Origin: a virus
DNA length: 64,000 nt
Strand: one strand, 5' to 3'
Virus record (IMG/VR): IMGVR_UViG_3300036823_000160
Coordinates: 1-64,000 of that record
Shown here: positions 46,026-54,782 of the stretch, in pieces
How the letters are laid out: each line of letters begins with the position of its first letter
How positions within the stretch are numbered: the first letter of the stretch is position 1
Position numbers and translations under genes: made by a program
The notes under the pieces: generated by a model
Told to the model about the DNA's origin: nothing
The model's database searches: none
What the model saw: the letters and a program-made list of their open reading frames with translations, nothing else

Positions 46026-46862
46026 ATGAAGCACGCCACCCTGCTCTGGATCGACCTCGAGACCACGGGCTTGAGTCCGTTCAACCACCAACTCCTCGAG
46101 GTCGCCGCGATCGCCACCGGCGATGACCTGGTCGAGCTCGGGCGCTTCCACGGGATCGTGGACACGGCGGTCAAGAAGCCTGCGAACAGCTGCGACAAGG
46201 CCGCGCTCGAGATGCACATCAGGTCGGGCCTCTGGAACGAGAGCATCACCTCGGGCTCGGACATCGCGGCGGTCGACAAGGGCCTGAGCGACTTCATCCA
46301 CCATTACCGCTACAGGGACCTGACCGACGCCGAGGAATCGCGGCTGACGCCGGACGAGCGTAAGGCGCGGCTCGTCAACATGGCCGGGAACTCGGTCTGG
46401 TTCGACGCCTCGTTCGTCGAGCGGCAGCTGCCGCTGTCCAAGCAGCACTTCCACCACCGGGTGCTCGACGTCACGTCCCTGCACGAGTGCGCGCGCCGGT
46501 GGTGGCCCGAGGCGTACTGCCGACCGGCGGCGGTCCCGCATCGCGCGATGGCGGACATCGAGAGCTCGCTCGCGTGCGCGCGCCGGTATCGCGCCGAGAT
46601 GAAGCCCTTCGCCACCTTCACCAATGGCGCGGTCGGGGCCGCCCTCACGAAGGGTCTCACGCTCGAGCCCGCGATGCCGCCCATCCCGAGCGACGCCATG
46701 TCCGGGCTGGTGTCGCTCGTGGTCATCCCCGCATCGTCACTCTCGAAGCCGCTACGGACCCCTGCGGTCGCGGCCGCGCTCGAGTGGATCAGGACGACGC
46801 TCGTCCCCGAGCAGGCCCCGGCGCTGGCCGTGGTCACGAACGAGAGCGAGGCGAGGCCGTGA
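46026..46862 (+). CDS. orn: oligoribonuclease (DEDDh) with C-terminal extension
   Basis: WIDLETTGL, MH..SGL, AGNSV.FD, H.R.LDVTS, HRAMADI. Confidence 0.9.
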   Translation: MKHATLLWIDLETTGLSPFNHQLLEVAAIATGDDLVELGRFHGIVDTAVKKPANSCDKAALEMHIRSGLWNESITSGSDIAAVDKGLSDFIHHYRYRDLTDAEESRLTPDERKARLVNMAGNSVWFDASFVERQLPLSKQHFHHRVLDVTSLHECARRWWPEAYCRPAAVPHRAMADIESSLACARRYRAEMKPFATFTNGAVGAALTKGLTLEPAMPPIPSDAMSGLVSLVVIPASSLSKPLRTPAVAAALEWIRTTLVPEQAPALAVVTNESEARP

Positions 46863-47059
46863 CCGCATCCGCCTTCTCGTTGATGTTCGCGGGCTTCGGT
46901 ATCGCGCTCGGGATCGTGTTCACGATCTGCCTGATCGTGCTCGTGCTCGCCGCGGTGGTCGACGAGCTCAAGGACATGCCGAGGCTTCCGTTGATGGCCG
47001 CGATCTCGCTGCTGTTCGCGGTTGCCTTCTGGAGCCTCGCGTGGCCGGTGAACCCGTGA
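46859..47059 (+). CDS. small two-TM membrane protein
   Basis: Hydrophobic; coupled. Confidence 0.6.
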   Translation: MTASAFSLMFAGFGIALGIVFTICLIVLVLAAVVDELKDMPRLPLMAAISLLFAVAFWSLAWPVNP

Positions 47060-47277
47060 CGGCGCAGGACGTGCTCTCGACCGGTCTCGCGGCGCTCGCG
47101 ATCCTGTTCGCGATCTCGCTCATCGGGATCGGCGTCACGATCGCGTTCGCCATCACGGCTGACGACCAGGCGTACGCGCGGCTGCGTGAGTCCGCCGGCG
47201 TCTTCGTCGTGTTCATGGTCGCGAGCGCGCTCGGCCTCGCCGCGGCGCTGTGCGCGGACTGGTGGCTGCTCTCGTGA
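47056..47277 (+). CDS. small two-TM membrane protein
   Basis: Hydrophobic; coupled. Confidence 0.6.
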   Translation: MTAQDVLSTGLAALAILFAISLIGIGVTIAFAITADDQAYARLRESAGVFVVFMVASALGLAAALCADWWLLS

Positions 47278-47585
47278 GGTCCGCGAGCCAGGTCGCGGAA
47301 GATCTCGACACGCAGCTCCGGGAGGGCGAGTACTACGCGCTCGAAGCCATAGAGCGCGCGGTCGAGGACGTCCGCGACGCCGAGTTCAAGCTCACCGAGC
47401 AGAGCCAGATCATCGCGCAGCTCGAGCGAGACCTTGCCGAGCGCGACGCCGAGATCCTGCGCGTGACCGAGGACAACAAGGCGCTGCGCGCCGAGGTCGC
47501 GGTCCTGCACGCGATACAGGACGATCGGATCAGGACCTCGTTCGCGGACCACCTCCTCGATGACGCCGCCGAGGAGCACTGGTGA
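47274..47585 (+). CDS. coiled-coil hypothetical protein
   Basis: Coupled; heptad pattern. Confidence 0.65.
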   Translation: MRSASQVAEDLDTQLREGEYYALEAIERAVEDVRDAEFKLTEQSQIIAQLERDLAERDAEILRVTEDNKALRAEVAVLHAIQDDRIRTSFADHLLDDAAEEHW

Positions 47586-47854
47586 GCGCGGTCCAGCGCC
47601 TACGCGAGCTCGTTGACGCGAACGAGCTAGGCTGGATCGACGACCGCGAGTGCGTGACCTGCGGCCAGATCTTAAACCTGCTCCCGGAGCTAGAACCGCG
47701 CGGCCTCTGTAACGCGTGCCTGGAGGAGCTGGCCGAACAGGTACCACTCGCGCTTGCCGAGCTCGAGGCCGAGGTCGCGCTCCTGACGCGCAAGAACGAG
47801 ATCCTGCGTGACGAGCTCGATCAGGCTCGCGGCGGCGAGGTCCCGTCGACATGA
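47582..47854 (+). CDS. Zn-finger/coiled-coil hypothetical protein
   Basis: CVTC..CNAC. Confidence 0.6.
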   Translation: MSAVQRLRELVDANELGWIDDRECVTCGQILNLLPELEPRGLCNACLEELAEQVPLALAELEAEVALLTRKNEILRDELDQARGGEVPST

Positions 47855-48300
47855 GTATCCTCGACCTCCACCTAGGCTACACGGGTACACGTCGCGGTAT
47901 GGATCCCGCACAGGGCGCGGCCGTCGAGCGACTCGTCGACGGCTTGATCGCACGCGGCTGGAACTTGACCGCACACCACGGAGACTGCGTCGGCGGCGAC
48001 GCTGAGTTCCACGCGATCGCGATGGCGCGCGGGATCCCCGTCATCGTCCACCCACCGATCGACGACACCCTTCGCGCCGGCTGTATCGGCTGGACAGCGA
48101 TTCGGTCTCCGCTCGGTCACCTCATGCGTAACCGTGCCATCGTCACCGAGTGCGCGAGCCTGATCGCTGCGCCCTACGAGCTCACGCATCAGTCTCGCGG
48201 CGGGACCTGGTACACGTTCGACTACGCCATCAAGAACAAGCGCGACGTTGTCCTGGTGCTTCGTGGCGGTGTGATTGAGCACCCGAATGGCGGCCTGTGA
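47851..48300 (+). CDS. SLOG-superfamily (YspA/DprA-like) protein
   Basis: TGTR, HHGDCVGGD, RNRAIV, GGTWYT..YA. Confidence 0.75.
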   Translation: MSILDLHLGYTGTRRGMDPAQGAAVERLVDGLIARGWNLTAHHGDCVGGDAEFHAIAMARGIPVIVHPPIDDTLRAGCIGWTAIRSPLGHLMRNRAIVTECASLIAAPYELTHQSRGGTWYTFDYAIKNKRDVVLVLRGGVIEHPNGGL

Positions 48301-48863
48301 CCCCCATCGGGCGACCCGCGCGCGCCGAGCTCCTCGCCGGTCGAGTCCTCGCGCTCGATCCTGGCGTCGAACACCCCGCGTGCGCGTGCTTCGTCAACGG
48401 CGTGCTGCAGGTGGCCGAGCGCGTGAAGGTGCCCAAGCACCGCGAGCTCGCGCGTCTCGATGAGGGCGAACGCTGCCGCCGGATCGCCGAGCTCGTGGAG
48501 GCGTGGGCCCTCGCGCGAGGGTGCCAGACCCTCGTCGCGTTCGTGTTCGAGCGCCCGCAGTGGTACCGGAACGATCGATCCAAGGGCGACCCGAACAAGC
48601 TCGCGTGCCTGGCCATGGTCGGGTCCGGCGTCGCGATGGCACTGCGCGCGCGCGTGGTCTCGCCTCAGCCGAGGGAGTGGAACTACGGCATCCCCAAGTC
48701 CGACATCGGGAACCCGTGGGACTCGCCGCGCGGGCTACTGATCAAGAGCCGTCTCAAGGACGAGGTCGTGCGCTGCGAGAGCACCCATGACGCCGTGGAC
48801 GCCGCCGGAATCGGCTTGTGGCTGCTGGGCCGGCTCGATCGCGTGTTCCCAGGATCTACCTAA
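48297..48863 (+). CDS. RuvC-like Holliday junction resolvase
   Basis: VLALDPG, FERP, P..W, HDAVDAAGIG. Confidence 0.8.
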   Translation: MTPIGRPARAELLAGRVLALDPGVEHPACACFVNGVLQVAERVKVPKHRELARLDEGERCRRIAELVEAWALARGCQTLVAFVFERPQWYRNDRSKGDPNKLACLAMVGSGVAMALRARVVSPQPREWNYGIPKSDIGNPWDSPRGLLIKSRLKDEVVRCESTHDAVDAAGIGLWLLGRLDRVFPGST

Positions 48864-48883
48864 GCCGCGTTACGCCGCTTTTT
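48862..48883 (+). terminator. possible intrinsic terminator at the convergent junction
   Basis: AAGC(C)GCG-TTA-CGC(C)GCTT hairpin running into a T tract. Confidence 0.35.
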
Positions 48884-50324
48884 CGTCCGCAACGTCGCCC
48901 GAGGTTGCGTCCGCGCCGCGATACCCGTACTCGGTACGAGCGAACTTCGCCAGCACGGGCGCGAGTGCCATCCGCGCGCGCGCCAGCCGCGTGTGGACCG
49001 TGTTCTTGGGGATGCCGAGGTCGCGCGCGATCTCCTCGCAGCCCTGGCCCCAGGCGTAGAAGCGCTTCACCACCTCGCGCTTGTCGTGGTCGAGCTCAGC
49101 GATCGCGGCGAGCACCTCGTCCCCGAACGGCTCCTTGTCGTCGACGCGCACCGGCTGCGTGACCGCGACGATGTCCGGCGATCGCGATTCACCAGCGTCC
49201 TGGTACTGGATCGCGAGCGCGGTATCGGTGCCGTGGGCAGCCGCGACCAGGTCCTCCCGCCGTTCGCGCGCGGCTCGGCGTCGCACGTTCCGGTGGTGGT
49301 ACGTCTTCACGAATGTGTTGCAGACGATGCGGTACATCCATCCGCGCGCGGCGGCGATGGGGTCACCTTCGGGCACCCAGCGCGGCCACGCGCGGAAAGC
49401 CTTCGCGAACGCGTCCTGGACGACGTCCGCGGCTCGATCGGCGTCGCCATCACAGAGTCGTCGCGCGTAGGCGACGAGGTCCGGGCGCAGTGGTAGCACC
49501 AGCGTCTCGAAAGAGGGCGCGGCCGGCTCGACAAGCGCGCGGTCACCGAACTCGGCTGCGACCGCGGCCAGCATCGCCGCCGGCATCGCCGTAAGTCCGA
49601 CGGCGCGCACGACCTCACCTGGCTCGAACACGCCGCCGCGGGTCGCAAGCCCCCACACGCGCGCCAGGTCGTTGCCGGACAGTTCGGCTAGGATCGCGGG
49701 GTCGTCGTCGCGAAACCGCGCCTCGACCTCGCGTCGCGTCGCGATCCCGGTCGCGACCTGCAGCTCGACGAGAGACGCCAGAAACGTGCGGGTTTCGCAG
49801 GACGCCGCCGCGCCCGCGCGCTCGATCCCGTCGCGAACCGTCGGCCACGCGTCGCCGGCGACCAGCCGCTCGACGCCGATGACCGCGATCGCGTCCGAGA
49901 TCCAGAGTCGCCCGCTCGCTAGGCCGCGCGCCATCAGGCAGGCGGCGAGTTCGCGGTTCGCGACGAGGAACGTCGGGTCCGTGATCAGAGCGCGAGCGTG
50001 TCGCGTCAGATCCAGAATGCCGGCTTCGGCCTCCGCGGCGAGCGCGCGCGTGAGCCAGTCATCAGCCCCCGACGTTCGTGACCAGGCGTTTGCTGGTCGC
50101 TCGTCCGGCGCGTCCTCGACGGCCGGCTCGGCGGTGAGCTCGTTCAGCGGAGCGAGCTCGGGGAGTGAGGGCTGCGAGAGGATGACCGGCCGTGACGGGA
50201 CCGGTGGTAGAATTTCGTTCAGGGACGACGCAAGCGACGGGACAATGTGCAGCATGGACCTCCAGACGCTCGCCCACCGGCGTGCGTCAGGACCAGTCAT
50301 CCCATACGGGAGTTCACTGGTCAA
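48870..50324 (-). CDS. ECF-type RNA polymerase sigma factor with about 270-aa N-terminal extension (start uncertain)
   Basis: Region 2: L..YARRL..D...AADVVQDAF.KA..W..RI..N. Region 4: EEIARDLGIPKNTVHTRLARAR. Confidence 0.9.
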   Translation of the reverse strand: MTSELPYGMTGPDARRWASVWRSMLHIVPSLASSLNEILPPVPSRPVILSQPSLPELAPLNELTAEPAVEDAPDERPANAWSRTSGADDWLTRALAAEAEAGILDLTRHARALITDPTFLVANRELAACLMARGLASGRLWISDAIAVIGVERLVAGDAWPTVRDGIERAGAAASCETRTFLASLVELQVATGIATRREVEARFRDDDPAILAELSGNDLARVWGLATRGGVFEPGEVVRAVGLTAMPAAMLAAVAAEFGDRALVEPAAPSFETLVLPLRPDLVAYARRLCDGDADRAADVVQDAFAKAFRAWPRWVPEGDPIAAARGWMYRIVCNTFVKTYHHRNVRRRAARERREDLVAAAHGTDTALAIQYQDAGESRSPDIVAVTQPVRVDDKEPFGDEVLAAIAELDHDKREVVKRFYAWGQGCEEIARDLGIPKNTVHTRLARARMALAPVLAKFARTEYGYRGADATSGDVADEKAA

Positions 50325-50345
50325 CCCGAATTGTGACCAGTGAAC
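50312..50345. promoter_or_regulatory. perfect 12-bp inverted repeat GTTCACTGGTCA-N10-TGACCAGTGAAC at the sigma gene start
   Basis: Read directly; each arm contains the recurrent CTGGTCA box. Confidence 0.7.
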
Positions 50346-50384
50346 GACCGAATCGTCACGATGGGGGGATCTCCTAGAACGAGA

Positions 50385-51344
50385 TCACACCGCGCAGAGG
50401 GCCGCGAACGTGACGACGTCGAGCACGCCATCCTGCGTCAAACCGCGCGACGCCTTGAACGCATCCAGCGCAGCTCGCGTGAGGGTGCCGTAGCCGCCGT
50501 CGATGTTGCCGATCGCCTTGCACGCGTCGAGGGACAGCGCCGCGAGCTTGCCCTGCATCCACGCGACGAGCGGGCCGGTGTCGCCCGGCAGTGTGCACGT
50601 GAACTCGTTGATGTCCGCGGTCTTGTTGTGGCCTTCGAGCCCGAGCGCGTCGCCCTGGATCTGGCGGATGCGCACGCCCTGCGCCTTCCACGGATCGGGT
50701 GCGCGGTGGTAGTCGCGCGGGTCCCAGGACGCCGGCCCGAAGTGGATCGTCGGCGGCTCGACGTGGTCGACCGGCTGATCGGCCGCGAGCCGATACGCGG
50801 TCTTGATCCACGGGATCGTCGTCGAGATCCAGGCCGCGTTCGGCAGCCCGAGGTCGTACCACTGCATGTACGACGAGTAGAGAACGGGCGCGACACCGAA
50901 CTGGTCCTGGAGCTCGAACACGAGCTGGCGGATCTGCTCGAGCAGGAACGCCTTCGAGGTTTTGGTCCAGATTGCGCTCGAGCCGGACTCGACATCGAGG
51001 GCCGGCGGCAGGTCCACGCCCTTGATGAAGTCGCCGGCGTTCTTGTTCACGGCGACCTGGGCCTTGGCCGCGGCGGCCGTCGTCCCCCATCCGGGGAACA
51101 AGTACCGGCCACCGACGATGCCGGCCTTGCGAAGGCGGTCGATGTCACGCGCGTAGTACGTGTCCGGGTACACGTGCTGGGACGCCTTCAGGTAGCCGAA
51201 CTCGTAGTCGGCGGCACGCGTCTTGTCGTAGTCGGGGGGCGCGTTCCCGTCGACAGCCGCGGTGTCGAAGCCGCGCCGGATCCGCTTCGGCGTGACCAGG
51301 TTCGGCGGAACCGGAGTCGTGTTCGGCGGCGCGTTGGCGGTCAC
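50385..51344 (-). CDS. endolysin: GH25-like muramidase plus peptidoglycan-binding domain
   Basis: GFD, YLKASQ, GRYLF, PPALDVE, DIN; C-terminal IDG.YG..T..A..FK..RGL..DG. Confidence 0.9.
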   Translation of the reverse strand: MTANAPPNTTPVPPNLVTPKRIRRGFDTAAVDGNAPPDYDKTRAADYEFGYLKASQHVYPDTYYARDIDRLRKAGIVGGRYLFPGWGTTAAAAKAQVAVNKNAGDFIKGVDLPPALDVESGSSAIWTKTSKAFLLEQIRQLVFELQDQFGVAPVLYSSYMQWYDLGLPNAAWISTTIPWIKTAYRLAADQPVDHVEPPTIHFGPASWDPRDYHRAPDPWKAQGVRIRQIQGDALGLEGHNKTADINEFTCTLPGDTGPLVAWMQGKLAALSLDACKAIGNIDGGYGTLTRAALDAFKASRGLTQDGVLDVVTFAALCAV

Positions 51345-52069
51345 GAGCGGCCTCCCTTCCGCTTCGCCGGCTCGGACACGCGTTGCGCTAGTTCGGCCTT
51401 GATCTGGCTTGTCGAAAGACCCGACTCTGCGAACGCGGCCGAGTTTTCGAAAAAGAACATGTACGCCTCCTCCCACGAGCTGAAACGACGCCCGACGAGG
51501 AATGGGGTAGATACCGACTTCGAGTACGGGACCGGAGCCGATGTGCGGCGGTCCGCGATGCGCCGGCGCTCGGCGGCGGGATCATCCTTCTGCGCGAGTT
51601 CCTCGCTGGTGGTAGCGGTCACGGCTTCGAGCTCCGCGGCCCACGGCTGCCCCGGGTCCGCGGGCAAGAGCCCGTCATCGACGGCACAGGTGACACCGAT
51701 CAGGAGCGACGCGATCGCGTGAGAAAGGTCGGGCAGCCCCGAGGCCGGGAAGTCCTTCTTGGCAACATCGTCAACCACGGACGCGGCCTCGGCAAGGTCG
51801 CCGCCCGTACCAAGCGCTCGGTTGATCTGGTCAGCGACCTTCGACAGGTGCCGCGCGGTCGCGTCGATGTACCCGAGCAGCCTCTTGGCCCCGGCGACGT
51901 CGGCAGTACCGAGTTCCTCTGGCGGCGGGTTATGGTAGTTCCCGCGGGCGTAGCAGTCCGCCCCGAACTCGATCGCGCGTGTGCCGTGGATCAGACCGTG
52001 ACGAGGTAGAATCGAGAGCTTGGGCCTGGCTCCTCCAACCAGGCCGGACTTCATGTCGCCGAGCTTCAT
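51341..52069 (-). CDS. DUF5664 / dATP-dGTP diphosphohydrolase-like protein
   Basis: P.LSILP.....RA.EFGA..Y..GNY, YIDA..RHL, SGLP.L.HA. Confidence 0.7.
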   Translation of the reverse strand: MKLGDMKSGLVGGARPKLSILPRHGLIHGTRAIEFGADCYARGNYHNPPPEELGTADVAGAKRLLGYIDATARHLSKVADQINRALGTGGDLAEAASVVDDVAKKDFPASGLPDLSHAIASLLIGVTCAVDDGLLPADPGQPWAAELEAVTATTSEELAQKDDPAAERRRIADRRTSAPVPYSKSVSTPFLVGRRFSSWEEAYMFFFENSAAFAESGLSTSQIKAELAQRVSEPAKRKGGRS

Positions 52070-52078
52070 CGCATCCCG

Positions 52079-52104
52079 AACCCGATGAGGGTGGTCGCGC
52101 TTTC
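52079..52104 (-). promoter_or_regulatory. ECF-type promoter (GAAAGC-N17-GTT)
   Basis: ATG 52069 is 9 nt downstream. Confidence 0.7.
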
Positions 52105-52114
52105 GCTGGCGCGA

Positions 52115-53506
52115 TCAGGCCGCGACCTGGCGCACGCCGACGGTGTTGCGCTGGATCCGACCGTGAACGCGATGGATCACGTCGCACTTCATGTCCTGGC
52201 CTGAACGGTACCCCTTGCTCGCGTGCCAGCCGTCCTTCGGTGCGAGCGTGCGGAGGGTCTCGACTATGACGCCCGGGAACTCCTTGAGCGAGTCGTGGTG
52301 TACGTGGCCGGTGTAGAAGTAGCGGAACTCGGTCTCGCCCCAGTCCTGTTTGCGATCGCAAGCCATGACCGCCGGTAGCTCCGTAGGCTTGCACGTGTCG
52401 CCGTGTGTGACGCCGATCAGGTTCGCGCCAAAGCGAAGCCAGTGGAACTTCGCGGGCGACGGGTCGATCGTCACGCGCGGCTCGCGCTCGTAGTACTGCT
52501 CGAGGCAGAGCGCGAGCATCACGCTCGCGTGCGTGTCGTGGTTCCCGATCTCGCAGATCACGCGCACGCTCTCGTGCTTCTCGAGCGCACGATCGATGCA
52601 CCGACGCATCGCGCGGATCCCGACGCGTAGCAGTTTCGCCCAGCGTGTGTCCGTGTCCACCCGCGTCCCCGCGGTCGTGGTCCCGAACATGTTATCTACG
52701 TGGAAGAAGTCGCCCAGGTTGATGATCAGTGCCTGCTTGGCTGCAGGTGCCGACGCGACGAGTGCATCAACGGCCGCGCACAGGTTGTGCTCGGCGATCG
52801 TGAGGTCGAAGTCCTCGCCGGTCTCCTTCCCCCACGCCATCATGCCGAGGTGCGGATCGCCCATCGGGTAGACGCACAGCAGGTCCTCATCGAGCGGCGG
52901 GCTCGGGGGCGAGGCAGGCTCGGCCACGCTCTGCCAGGCGTCCGCGATCCCTGCCATGGCCGCGAGCAGCGCCGCGATTGCGGCCTGCTCCTCGGACTTG
53001 GTCTTGACCCACTGCCCGATCGCGCGCGACTCGCCGGTGTCGGGGTCGATCTTGTAGTACGTCGAGGTGCCCTTGACCAAGAAGCCTTCGGGCGTCGACT
53101 TCGTCATGTCGTGCGCGGGCGAGTATCCGCGTGTCGCCGCGCGTCGCCGCAGCTCGGAGAGATGCGCGCGAACCTGCGTCGGCGTCAGGCCGAGCTCGAG
53201 GGCCGCGTCCACCACCGAGCAAAGGCGGCTGGTGGTCTCGGCGCACGCGCGCTCCATCTCGCCGCCGAACGAGAACAGGGCCTCGCCTCCGGCGGCGATC
53301 GCGGAGACCAGCACTTCATCGTGCTCGACGCGCGACGTGTTCGGGAAGCGCTCGGCGCGATAACCGCGTAGGTATTTGCGCTCGCACTCGCGGCAGCTGT
53401 TTCGCCAACCGCCATCGGCGCGCTTCCGATAGTGTTCGATATCGAGCAGCAGGTCCTGCTCGCACTTCGAACACCGCTTGTGGTCCGGGATCGGAATTTC
53501 CGCCAT
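52115..53506 (-). CDS. calcineurin-like metallophosphoesterase with N-terminal Zn finger and HTH-like segment
   Basis: GDPHLG, LGDFFH, GNHD, HGD, GHVHH; CSKC..CREC. Confidence 0.9.
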   Translation of the reverse strand: MAEIPIPDHKRCSKCEQDLLLDIEHYRKRADGGWRNSCRECERKYLRGYRAERFPNTSRVEHDEVLVSAIAAGGEALFSFGGEMERACAETTSRLCSVVDAALELGLTPTQVRAHLSELRRRAATRGYSPAHDMTKSTPEGFLVKGTSTYYKIDPDTGESRAIGQWVKTKSEEQAAIAALLAAMAGIADAWQSVAEPASPPSPPLDEDLLCVYPMGDPHLGMMAWGKETGEDFDLTIAEHNLCAAVDALVASAPAAKQALIINLGDFFHVDNMFGTTTAGTRVDTDTRWAKLLRVGIRAMRRCIDRALEKHESVRVICEIGNHDTHASVMLALCLEQYYEREPRVTIDPSPAKFHWLRFGANLIGVTHGDTCKPTELPAVMACDRKQDWGETEFRYFYTGHVHHDSLKEFPGVIVETLRTLAPKDGWHASKGYRSGQDMKCDVIHRVHGRIQRNTVGVRQVAA

Positions 53507-53517
53507 CAGGTCGTCCG

Positions 53518-53543
53518 AACCCGTAACACCTCCGGGACCTTCC
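53518..53543 (-). promoter_or_regulatory. ECF-type promoter (GGAAGG-N17-GTT)
   Basis: ATG 53506 is 11 nt downstream. Confidence 0.6.
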
Positions 53544-53545
53544 GC

Positions 53546-54271
53546 TCAGCGCGCGAGACGAAGCGCGCGCAGCATCCGGCGCAGGATCCCCGGCTTCTTG
53601 CGATCCGCGCGTCGAGCGGGGCGCCCAAGGCCGGCGGTGGCGAGCGCGGCACGGTACAGACGCATACTGCCGACCATCGTCCAGCCCTTGGCAGGGTCGA
53701 AGCGCTGCGCATAGCCACCCGACCGCACTTCGTTGGGCTTCGTGGACAGGTCGAGGTGATCGAACTGTTCGCCCTTGGCGCCCGAGGGCTCGAACGCCTC
53801 CGGCGTGTTGAAGTTCGAGAGCGCGACACCGTCTAGCGTGTACACGTCCCCTTCGACGCGATCACAGACCTCGCGGTCCCAGACCGTCCCGTCATCGAGT
53901 TCGACGCACGCGTGCAGGCGGGGATCCCCGCGTAGCTCGAGCGCCTCGTGACTCGCCGGCACCGTCCACGGGTCGCCGGCCTGGCGCGCGAGCGCGACGT
54001 AGACGTGTGCGACCGGTGTACCGTCGGGAAGCCGATCGTGGATCGCGAGCGCGCCCTGCACGGTCGCGGGCGGCTGCGCGTGAAGCTGGATCTGGATCTC
54101 GCCCGCGAGCGCTGGCGTCGCTGGCGTCGCTGCGCGAACTTCATCGAGCAGCCCGAGACCGTCCCACGTAGGTGCGAAGTCCTCCCGGAGCTGTCGCTGC
54201 TGTGCGGCTGCGTACGCGGTGCGCTCCACGAGAGGCACACCTGCATCGATATCGACGACGACGAACTTCAC
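53546..54271 (-). CDS. putative zincin-like metalloprotein
   Basis: GALAIH, ASHEALE, EVCD.VE, SNF. Confidence 0.6.
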   Translation of the reverse strand: MKFVVVDIDAGVPLVERTAYAAAQQRQLREDFAPTWDGLGLLDEVRAATPATPALAGEIQIQLHAQPPATVQGALAIHDRLPDGTPVAHVYVALARQAGDPWTVPASHEALELRGDPRLHACVELDDGTVWDREVCDRVEGDVYTLDGVALSNFNTPEAFEPSGAKGEQFDHLDLSTKPNEVRSGGYAQRFDPAKGWTMVGSMRLYRAALATAGLGRPARRADRKKPGILRRMLRALRLAR

Positions 54272-54765
54272 TTGCCCCAGCCGCGGCGTGCCGCGAGCTC
54301 GACCAGCAGCAGGTGCTCGGGCGACGGATCCGCATGGATCGCGGGCGCCGACCCGGTGCCGGCACTACCGGCAGAGCCCGAACCGCTGCCCTGTCCGATC
54401 CCGAGCTTGTCCTTGACCACGCACGAGACGACGGGTTCGCCGTACTTCTCGATCAACGGCAGGATCGCGGCCTCGAGCGCCGCAACAACGCCGCCCGAAG
54501 CCGCGATCGCGGCGACCTCGGCCGCGATCTCCTCGGCGACCTGGAGCACGTCGATGCCCTTGGCCGCGGCCTGCTCCTCGGTTGCGGCGCAGGTGGAGAT
54601 CTGCGTGCCGGTGGTCTTGGCCTCGCTCGTGAACCACGCGCATGCGGCGGTCCCGCTGAGCCCCACGAACATGAACAGCGCCAGGGTGATCGACAAGGCG
54701 CCGACTTCCCGAGCGAGATGCCGAACAGCGTTGCGAACGAAGGATGATAGGGTGCGAGCGGTCAC
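54268..54765 (-). CDS. membrane-anchored or lipoprotein in the lysis module (spanin-like candidate)
   Basis: AGGAG SD; hydrophobic segment ending TAA-C; helical ectodomain. Confidence 0.55.
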   Translation of the reverse strand: MTARTLSSFVRNAVRHLAREVGALSITLALFMFVGLSGTAACAWFTSEAKTTGTQISTCAATEEQAAAKGIDVLQVAEEIAAEVAAIAASGGVVAALEAAILPLIEKYGEPVVSCVVKDKLGIGQGSGSGSAGSAGTGSAPAIHADPSPEHLLLVELAARRGWGK

Positions 54766-54782
54766 GTGCGGTCTCCTGGTTT

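Noticed and set aside
51341-52069. 2-aminoadenine (Z) genome pathway
   Set aside because: No PurZ-like gene in this window; DUF5664 alone is not diagnostic.
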